The translations under genes were made by a program, and so were the position numbers. From Bacillota bacterium (GTDB lineage Bacteria; Bacillota; Clostridia; Oscillospirales; Acutalibacteraceae), in contig JAQXHB010000111.1 of NCBI GenBank assembly GCA_029007015.1, forward strand, positions 1 to 52,857: a DNA stretch of 52,857 nucleotides, written 5' to 3'. The notes under the pieces are model-generated. The model did not search any database. It was not told the DNA's origin and saw only the letters and a program-made list of their open reading frames with translations. This document shows, piece after piece, positions 46,332-52,857 of the stretch. Each line of letters begins with the position of its first letter. Within the stretch, counting starts at the first letter, position 1.

Positions 46332-47888
46332 TTAGTCCTCGACCGCAGGGTCGGTGGCGGCGGCAAATATGGCCTCAACCTCAGCCGACGGCTTTCTGTC
46401 AAGCAGAGTTGCAACAACGGTGCAGAGCATGCCGATGATAAATCCGGGCACTATTTCGTAAATGCCGGTGCTGCAGATAACGGCCGATGTGACCGTATTG
46501 GTGAAAAGCAGCAGCCACGCAATATCGGCAACGGCGCCGCCGATTATGCCGGCCACAGCGCCCTTGTATGTGAGCCGCTTCCAGAACAGCGAGAGTATCA
46601 CTACCGGCCCGAAGGAGGCGCCGAACAGACCCCACGCATTCTCGACCAGACTCATGATGTTGGACGCCCATGAGTTTTCTTTGCCCAGTCCGCTGGCGGC
46701 GATGGCAAAACCGACGGCGGCAACGGCGGCAACCACCGCCCGTCCGACCCACAGCAGTTCCTTGTCCGAGGCCTTGCCCTTGCGAACAACAGGGTTGTAG
46801 ATATCACTTGTAAATGAGGACGACGCTACCAGCAGTTGACTGTCGGCCGTCGACATTGACGCGGCGATTATGGCGGCCAGCATCAGTCCGGCGACGAATG
46901 CCGGCATAACATCAAGCACTATTTCGATGAAAACTCGGCTGTTGTTGCCCGGCAGAATGGCGGCCGCCAGCGCGGTGCCGTTGCTGAGCACAAAGGTGCG
47001 TCCGAGACAGGCAATGGCGATGGCCGCGCCCAGCGTTATGATGAGCCATACAATGGCAACCGAGGCCGATTTCTTTATCATTTTGGAGCTCTTGATACCC
47101 ATAAAGCGAACCAGAATGTGCGGCATGCCGAAGTAGCCGAGACCCCAGCCGAGGCCGGACACAATGTCCTGCCAGCCGACTGAGAAAGGACTGCTGCCGA
47201 ATGCCGATATACCCTCGGCAAAGGCGCCGCTGTATGCCGAATCAAACCGACCGATGGCAATCATCACAATCGGCACGGCCATAAGCGCAATCAGCATCAG
47301 CAGTGCCTGGAAAAAGTCGGTCCAGCAAACGGCCTTGTATCCGCCGAGGAAAGTATATGCCAGCACCAACACCGCAAAAAGGGCCATTGCCAGCATCTTG
47401 CGGTCGGCAAACCACGGAATAACCGTGGCAATTACTGTTGAGCCTGCGTTGAAGGCCGACGCCACATACACCGTAAAACTGATGAGGAAGATGGTGGCAC
47501 AGACTATCTTCAGCACCGGGCTGGAGGAGGCGAAACGGTTGGTCAAATACTGCGGCAGGGTAATAGAGTCACCCGACACCTTGGAAAAGCGGCGCAGACG
47601 GCGCGCAACCAGTATCCAGTTGGCGATAGTGCCCAGCGCAAGGCCGATGCCAATCCACACCTTGCCAAAGCCAAAGGCGATGATACTGCCGGGAAAGCCC
47701 ATAAGCAGCCATCCGCTCATGTCGGAAGCCTGCGCGCTCATGGCAGTTACCCACGGGCCCATTGAGCGCCCGCCGAGGAAGTACTCCTTCTCGCCGCTGC
47801 CGTTGCCGTTGGAGCGAATAAAGAAGTATACGCCGATGCCAAGCACAACAACGAAGTAGAGCACAAATGCAATTATTTCGAGTGTCAT
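46332..47888 (-). CDS. putP: sodium:proline symporter (SSS family)
   Basis: YFLGGRSMGPWVTAMSAQASDMSGWLLMGFPG and GWGLGYFGMPHILVRFM align closely with E. coli PutP. ATG at 47888 with an AAAGGA RBS. Candidate promoter TTGCAT-17-TATAAT upstream. Confidence 0.85.
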   Translation of the reverse strand: MTLEIIAFVLYFVVVLGIGVYFFIRSNGNGSGEKEYFLGGRSMGPWVTAMSAQASDMSGWLLMGFPGSIIAFGFGKVWIGIGLALGTIANWILVARRLRRFSKVSGDSITLPQYLTNRFASSSPVLKIVCATIFLISFTVYVASAFNAGSTVIATVIPWFADRKMLAMALFAVLVLAYTFLGGYKAVCWTDFFQALLMLIALMAVPIVMIAIGRFDSAYSGAFAEGISAFGSSPFSVGWQDIVSGLGWGLGYFGMPHILVRFMGIKSSKMIKKSASVAIVWLIITLGAAIAIACLGRTFVLSNGTALAAAILPGNNSRVFIEIVLDVMPAFVAGLMLAAIIAASMSTADSQLLVASSSFTSDIYNPVVRKGKASDKELLWVGRAVVAAVAAVGFAIAASGLGKENSWASNIMSLVENAWGLFGASFGPVVILSLFWKRLTYKGAVAGIIGGAVADIAWLLLFTNTVTSAVICSTGIYEIVPGFIIGMLCTVVATLLDRKPSAEVEAIFAAATDPAVED

Positions 47889-48070
47889 AATGTATATTTC
47901 CTTTCTTTTTACTAACCAGCGTATTATAACACATAAATTTACAGAATGCAATGCAGAACGAAGTACAGAATAAATTCCGTACTTCGTTTTAATAATAACT
48001 GCTTTTTTCGCCTATAATTGCAGATAATATGCGTATACTGAACCTTAAACTTTTTGTTGTAGTGATATTG

Positions 48071-48667
48071 TTACTTATTGTCGGACGCCGCTATGCCGCC
48101 CAGAAACATCGGCATGGTCAGGCGCGCATACTCGCACAGCGAATAGTCGCCGCCGCGCAAACACCAGTCATACATCAGCGAGCGCTCGCAAAGGGCGTAC
48201 AAACGGACAATCTCGTTGACCGACATGCGGTCGGTCAACTGGCCGCTCTGCTGACCACGCTGAACAATTTGCCGCAAATACCGGTAATAAACTCGGTTGC
48301 GGTCCAGCAGGTGCTTCTCGCCGCGAATGATGAGTTGAGACGAAAGCAATCGCGCCAGCAACTCCATCGACACGCTGTTCTCAATCATCGCAAACAGTTC
48401 GCGGTTGATATACAGCAGCCGCTCGATGGCCGGCATACTGCCGTCATCCTCGGCCATGAGTTGCTCATACTTTTCATCAAACAGATAGGCCAGCGAGCCG
48501 AGCAGTGCCTCTTTGCCCTCAAAATAATGATAAAACGAGCCCTTCGATGTGCCCGATTCAAAGACAATCTCCTCGATGGTGGTGTCGTCGTATCCCTGGT
48601 CGTAAAACAGCCGCCATGCCGCCGCAATTATCTTGCCGCGTGTGCCGTGCTCCCGCTTTTTTGACAT
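48071..48667 (-). CDS. TetR/AcrR family transcriptional regulator
   Basis: N-terminal HTH IIAAAWRLFYDQGYDDTTIEEIVFESGTSKGSFYHYFEGKEAL. Confidence 0.9.
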   Translation of the reverse strand: MSKKREHGTRGKIIAAAWRLFYDQGYDDTTIEEIVFESGTSKGSFYHYFEGKEALLGSLAYLFDEKYEQLMAEDDGSMPAIERLLYINRELFAMIENSVSMELLARLLSSQLIIRGEKHLLDRNRVYYRYLRQIVQRGQQSGQLTDRMSVNEIVRLYALCERSLMYDWCLRGGDYSLCEYARLTMPMFLGGIAASDNK

Positions 48668-48777
48668 GATGTAACCTCCCTTTTCGATTTCATTATAATC
48701 GCGTTTGCGGCGCAGGTCAACTTGATTTTGGTATATTGGCCGCGCCGGCGGGACAATATATTGTAAGAGGTGATAAC

Positions 48778-49203
48778 ATGAGAAAAAGTTGTAATTTAAA
48801 CGAGGCGCTCTTTCGCACAGCCTCTATGGGCCGTGACAGTCTGAGCCGCTTGATGCCCTTTGTCGAGGACGCGTCGCTCATAGCCGAACTGGCCGAAATG
48901 CGGCAGGAATACAACTGTGTTGAGCGTGACAGCGCGCGGCGACTGGTGCGCTCGGGCAAAAGGCCCAAACCGATCAGCCGCGCCGCACGCGCGGCGGCCG
49001 ATGCGTCAATGCGCGCCCACCTTGCCATGCGCCGCGACCGCTCTGCAATTGCCAAGATGGTCATTCAGGGCAATGTTATGGCTATAATCGAGGTTACGCG
49101 CGCCATCAACAACTGCCGCGCGGAAAAGGACGCCGCCGAAGCCGCCAAGGAGTTTGTCTGCGGCCAGCAACAGGCCATCGACCGCATGACCGCATACCTC
49201 TGA
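48778..49203 (+). CDS. hypothetical all-helical protein (141 aa), divergent from tetR
   Basis: AGAGGTGA RBS before the ATG at 48778. Helix-rich and Ala/Arg-rich. No confident family assignment. Confidence 0.55.
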   Translation: MRKSCNLNEALFRTASMGRDSLSRLMPFVEDASLIAELAEMRQEYNCVERDSARRLVRSGKRPKPISRAARAAADASMRAHLAMRRDRSAIAKMVIQGNVMAIIEVTRAINNCRAEKDAAEAAKEFVCGQQQAIDRMTAYL

Positions 49204-49306
49204 CCGCCGCCGAAGCGCCGCTTCGGTACATAGCGCGTTAATGTGCTTGCATTTTGCGGCGGTTTGTGTTATACTGATAGCCCGACGGATAGGAGGTGAA
49301 AGGCTG

Positions 49307-49768
49307 ATGTCTGAAAACACAAAAACCGTCACAACAAATAAAAAGGCCTTTCACGACTACTTTGTCGAGGAGTCGCTTGAGGCGGGCATCGAACTGTACG
49401 GCACCGAGATAAAGTCCATCCGTCAGGGCACGGTCAACCTCAAGGACGCGTGGTGTTCGGTCGATGACGGCGAGATGTTTGTCAACGGTATGCACATTGC
49501 CCCGTATGAAATGGGCAACATCTTCAACCGCGACCCCTACCGCAAGCGCCGTCTGCTGCTGCACAAGCGCGAGATAATGCGCCTGTTCGGGCTTACCAAA
49601 CAGCAGGGGCTGACACTCATTCCTCTGTCGCTCTACTTCAAGGGCTCGCGCGTCAAGGTGCAGTTGGGCGTCTGCCGCGGCAAGAAGTTGTACGACAAGC
49701 GCGCCGACCTCGCCGCCAAGGCGGTCAAGCGCGACACCGAGCGTTACTTCAAGGACGCCAATCGGTAA
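49307..49768 (+). CDS. smpB: SsrA-binding protein SmpB
   Basis: [36 protein letters not shown]-terminal basic tail. GGAGGTGA RBS. Confidence 0.96.
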   Translation: MSENTKTVTTNKKAFHDYFVEESLEAGIELYGTEIKSIRQGTVNLKDAWCSVDDGEMFVNGMHIAPYEMGNIFNRDPYRKRRLLLHKREIMRLFGLTKQQGLTLIPLSLYFKGSRVKVQLGVCRGKKLYDKRADLAAKAVKRDTERYFKDANR

Positions 49769-49793
49769 ATCTGTTTTATAAATGGGGGCGTAA

Positions 49794-50135
49794 AGGTTTC
49801 GACGGGGATTTTGAATCACGATAAGCGAGTAGCGGTGCGGTACCGCTATAAAAGCCGCAATTTTTTAAAAATAAACGACAACAATACTGTTGCTCTCGCT
49901 GCCTAATTAAGGCGGCGCGTCCGACCCGCCTTACTGTCGAGCGGTACAGGGCGTCACTTAGACAGTGAACGTGCACCGGCGAGCACCTCGTAGCCGGTCA
50001 TGAATCAGGGGTTACTGAGGGACGGAGCCTGTCGGCCGGCGCCGCCCCGAGGGAATTTAGGTAGACCGACTACACTCGTAGAAAGTTGTGAGGATGGGTC
50101 TTCGGACAGGAGTTCGACTCTCCTCGCCTTCACCA
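49794..50135 (+). ncRNA. ssrA: tmRNA (SsrA), one-piece
   Basis: 5' GGGGGCGUAAAGGUUUCGACGGGG and 3' GGACAGGAGUUCGACUCUCCUCGCCUUCACCA (T-arm, acceptor stem with a G3-U pair, CCA). Internal tag frame ...AAC GAC AAC AAU ACU GUU GCU CUC GCU GCC UAA UUAA (..NDNNTVALAA). Directly downstream of smpB. Confidence 0.95.
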
Positions 50136-50138
50136 AAA

Positions 50139-50187
50139 AGCACAACATCCGAACTCATAGTAGGGTTCGGATGTTGTGCTTTATGTT
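50139..50187 (+). terminator. terminator of ssrA
   Basis: 16-bp perfect stem AGCACAACATCCGAAC / GTTCGGATGTTGTGCT followed by TTATGTT. Confidence 0.8.
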
Positions 50188-50250
50188 CCGCCGGCAAGTG
50201 CCTCAACACGCAGACGCGTAGTCGGGGGCACTTGCCTTTGCATTTTTAGT

Positions 50251-50961
50251 TTAGACAAGTTGGGCGTACACCAAATACCGCTGATAATTTTTCGGGTAGG
50301 GATGGCAGGTCGAAAGGGTCACAAGCGCGCGGCCCTCTTTAATATAAATGTGCTGGCTGTCCTTTGGGTCGATGACCTTTGTTTCCACCACTTTATACAC
50401 CAGCGTCTCCCACAAATTGGTTATATGTATTTCGTCTCCCGGTTTAAGTTCGGTAATCCTCTTGAACATATGGATTCCTTTATACCGCGTATGGGCGGCA
50501 ATTACGCAGTTGGTATTGTCTCCGCCGACAGGCAGTGAGGTGTTGGCAAGATAGGCCGCTCCCTTGGCCATGTTTTCCTTGCTTGCGCCGTTGTAAATCG
50601 GGAGTTTAACATCAATTTTAGGAATGGTTATATAGCCGAGTATATCGCTGTCAACCCCGTAATCGGATAGTAAAAAATCCGGTTTTTCATACGACAGTTG
50701 ATCAATTAGCCCGCTTTGGCCGCTTAAATACAGTTTTTCATTGTAGTCAAACATCGCCCGGCGCAACTCGGCATACTTGATATCGTTTTCATTTGAGTAG
50801 GCGTCATCGGTTTGCAATTCATCCGTTTTTAGCCGGTCAAACTCATTCATGGCGTTATTCGCCTGAATATCAAAAGCCACTTTCAGAGCAATAGGATAAG
50901 CAAAAAAGCCGACGCCGGCAATCAATAAGATAATCGCTGTTATTCTAATCAGCTTTTTCAT
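50251..50961 (-). CDS. sortase (SrtC-like catalytic core, no C-terminal anchor)
   Basis: N-terminal TM; catalytic His (VIAAHT), TLSTCHP Cys motif, Arg (QRYLVYA). Overlaps the upstream sortase gene by 17 nt. Confidence 0.85.
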   Translation of the reverse strand: MKKLIRITAIILLIAGVGFFAYPIALKVAFDIQANNAMNEFDRLKTDELQTDDAYSNENDIKYAELRRAMFDYNEKLYLSGQSGLIDQLSYEKPDFLLSDYGVDSDILGYITIPKIDVKLPIYNGASKENMAKGAAYLANTSLPVGGDNTNCVIAAHTRYKGIHMFKRITELKPGDEIHITNLWETLVYKVVETKVIDPKDSQHIYIKEGRALVTLSTCHPYPKNYQRYLVYAQLV

Positions 50962-51802
50962 TCTTTTTCCTCCGTATCAACGCTGTAATTGCACTGCCCA
51001 AAAGCAGCATAATAAAGACGGCTGTAATAACCACTGCCGCAATCTTTGTATAGTCTTCCCATGTCAGCTTCTTTTCGATTGTCGGTTCCTTGAGCGGAGT
51101 GTCCTCTTTTTCTTCAATTCGCCTGCCGTGTACCAGCAAGCGGTGGGTGTTCTTGCCGTAGGGCGTGCAGGTAATCAGTGTCACAATATCCTCGCCGTCC
51201 TGAATAAACAGAGAGGAACTGTCATCGGGGTTAACAATCTCGATGTCATAAACCTGATAGGTCAATGTCTCATCAAGGACATGGATGCGAAAAATATTGC
51301 CCTCTTTGAGCAAATTGAGGTCGGTGAAAAGCCGCGCAGACGGCAGACCGCAGTGGGCCGATAAAACGGCATGTGTAGTCGCTCCTCCGGCAGGCAGTGA
51401 TGTATTTTCCAAATGCCCCACGCCGATTAACAGTGTTTCCTCTTTGGTGCCGTGATAAATGGGCAGATAGACATCAATTGCCGGAATCTCAATATATGCC
51501 ATTACATCGTCAAAGGCCAGCAGTTCGGTGTATTCGCCGTCGGTTATGGGATAAGCGTCCGGGTCAAAAGGGTCGGTCAGTACCACGGCATTTTCAAAAA
51601 GGCTTTTGTTATATCGGATTATGGCCTTTTTTTCCTCGGCTATTGTTTCGGGACTGAGCGACGACAGTTTGTTGGCGTGCTCCGTAATAGCGCGGGTGCT
51701 GTTTTTCACATAAAGATAGTTTGAAACGGTCGGATAGAGGAAAACAGAAATTCCCGCAATAAATATGAGTATTACAAATATTGTGGGCAGGGCTTTTTTC
51801 AC
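50945..51802 (-). CDS. class C (pilus-assembly) sortase
   Basis: N-terminal TM, DPF lid motif (LTDPFDP), His (LSAHCG), TLITCTPYG, Arg (HRLLVHG), C-terminal TM plus basic tail. GTG start with a GGAGG RBS. Confidence 0.9.
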   Translation of the reverse strand: MKKALPTIFVILIFIAGISVFLYPTVSNYLYVKNSTRAITEHANKLSSLSPETIAEEKKAIIRYNKSLFENAVVLTDPFDPDAYPITDGEYTELLAFDDVMAYIEIPAIDVYLPIYHGTKEETLLIGVGHLENTSLPAGGATTHAVLSAHCGLPSARLFTDLNLLKEGNIFRIHVLDETLTYQVYDIEIVNPDDSSSLFIQDGEDIVTLITCTPYGKNTHRLLVHGRRIEEKEDTPLKEPTIEKKLTWEDYTKIAAVVITAVFIMLLLGSAITALIRRKKNEKAD

Positions 51803-51828
51803 TCCGTTTTCCTCCTTTTTAAGTGGTC

Positions 51829-51862
51829 AAAAGGGGCAGCAACTGCTCGCCGCCCCTTTTTT
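51829..51862 (-). terminator. hairpin (partial terminator) between the pilin and sortase genes
   Basis: AAAAGGGG ... CCCCTTTT symmetric GC hairpin with runs on both sides. Confidence 0.55.
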
Positions 51863-51875
51863 GAGAACTCTTTAA

Positions 51876-52857
51876 TTACTTGCTTTCTTTAGTTTTTGAT
51901 TTCTTGCGCGAAATGACAAGCAGAACAACTGCGCCGGCCATCAGCGCAATACCGATTACGGTGAATATTACAGTACCGGTACCGCCGGTTATCGGGAGTT
52001 TGATGCCGCTGCTGTTGGGAACCTCAACGGTATATATACCTGCGGTTGTCTCAACATCAGCATCGGCAAAGTTAACCTTTACTGCGTTGTCGAGAAGGTT
52101 ATAACCCGAGGGTGCCTGAGTCTCTACGAGGTAGTAGTCATACTTATCACCGTTGGCTTCGTATTTCTCAAAGGTTACTGAACCGTTAGCATCGGTGACA
52201 AGATCGCCCGCCAGCTTGATACCATATTTAGTTGTATGCGGGATGATTACACCAGTTTCTCCCGGGTAAACAGTACGATATAGATCAAATTTCGCACCGG
52301 CAAGCTTAGCGTTTTCGTCACCGCTGACATACTTATCAATCTTAATGGCAAAGGTGGTTACATCAACAGTATCCGTTTTCTGCTTATGAGAATTTCCAAC
52401 ATAAGGATAGAAGGAATAGTCAAAGGTAACCTTGTTGGTTTCTTTGGTGTTAACTGCTGTTGTATCGTTATCGTTAAGGGTGGCGGTGTATGTAATCACA
52501 AGTTGTTTTTCGCCGTTATCAGGCCAGTGGTCGGTATACTGATCCGCAGAAACGCTTAATTTAAAGGTATATTCTGCAGTTGCGGTTGTATCAAGCGTAT
52601 AAGCTGCAGCGGCAACATCCACTCCATCAATTTTAACTTTTATTGAATCAGTATCAATAGTCAGTCCGTCAGGCAGAAGGTCGGAAACATAAAAAGATTT
52701 ATCAGTCGAGTTTGCTGAATAAGTGGGAATATCAACCGTAACCGTATAGGTTACCTTTTCGTTCTTGGTTACGCTGGTTTTGTCGGCAGTCTTATTGACA
52801 GAAACCTCTTGATGTTTTGTTATGAAAGTAACATCGTCGATAACATATGTACCGTCA
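51876..52857 (-). CDS. LPXTG-anchored pilin subunit (SpaA/SpaH-type isopeptide-forming fimbrial protein); 5' end outside the window
   Basis: The frame is open to the window edge (checked codon by codon beyond the GTG at 52622). E-box YYLVETQAPSGYNLL, CnaB-like C-terminal domain, sorting signal LPITG plus a hydrophobic stretch plus RKKSKTKESK. Confidence 0.9.
   Translation of the reverse strand, partial: DGTYVIDDVTFITKHQEVSVNKTADKTSVTKNEKVTYTVTVDIPTYSANSTDKSFYVSDLLPDGLTIDTDSIKVKIDGVDVAAAAYTLDTTATAEYTFKLSVSADQYTDHWPDNGEKQLVITYTATLNDNDTTAVNTKETNKVTFDYSFYPYVGNSHKQKTDTVDVTTFAIKIDKYVSGDENAKLAGAKFDLYRTVYPGETGVIIPHTTKYGIKLAGDLVTDANGSVTFEKYEANGDKYDYYLVETQAPSGYNLLDNAVKVNFADADVETTAGIYTVEVPNSSGIKLPITGGTGTVIFTVIGIALMAGAVVLLVISRKKSKTKESK

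Noticed and set aside
47957-47992. 10-bp perfect hairpin AACGAAGTAC...GTACTTCGTT followed by TTTTAATAA on the plus strand, between tetR and putP (both minus strand); considered as the terminator of a small plus-strand RNA
   Set aside because: There is no convincing plus-strand promoter upstream. It most simply serves as an orientation-imperfect terminator or insulator between tetR and the putP promoter (TTGCAT-17-TATAAT). This cannot be resolved without transcript data.
1-52857. Search for CRISPR arrays, IS or transposase genes, integrases, toxin-antitoxin pairs, reverse transcriptases, and rRNA or tRNA genes
   Set aside because: No regularly spaced repeats, no recognisable transposase, integrase or RT motifs in any frame, and no tRNA-like T-arm other than the one in tmRNA. 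This rests on by-eye inspection only, so short or degenerate elements could have been missed.

Overview
52.9-kb chromosomal segment, roughly 58-60% GC by eye, from a spore-forming Firmicute. The assignment to a Clostridia / Oscillospiraceae-like organism is inferred from gene content: spoIIID, spoIID, soj-spo0J-noc, and T-box, L-box and M-box leaders. Almost all of the window is tightly packed core housekeeping. It contains: (i) a partial M23 peptidase, an S41 Ctp protease and spoIIID; (ii) a T-box-controlled hisS-aspS operon; (iii) the cell-shape cluster maf-mreBCD-PBP2 plus an orphan minD-like gene and mgsA, preceded by a zapA-U32 peptidase pair; (iv) an M-box-controlled mgtE; (v) the classic origin-proximal array rpmH-rnpA-yidD-yidC-jag-mnmE-mnmG-rsmG-noc-soj-spo0J with serS appended and two perfect parS sites, but with no dnaA or oriC next to rpmH; (vi) spoIID, citrate synthase and a CaCA antiporter; (vii) pgk-tpiA-gpmI; (viii) a T-box thrS facing an L-box dapA-lysA; (ix) putP, tetR, and smpB-ssrA (tmRNA). 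The only clearly accessory-looking DNA is a lower-GC sortase-dependent pilus locus that starts right after ssrA and runs off the window. No CRISPR array, transposase, integrase, rRNA or tRNA gene was seen. I did not find a convincing new multi-gene system. The most unusual items are an orphan Wzy/O-antigen-ligase-like::LicD fusion gene, an orphan MinD without MinC/MinE, a small SD-led ORF with alternative hairpins inside the mgtE M-box leader, a hisS-aspS T-box that appears to read tRNA-Asp, the broken rpmH-dnaA synteny, and the ssrA-adjacent pilus island.
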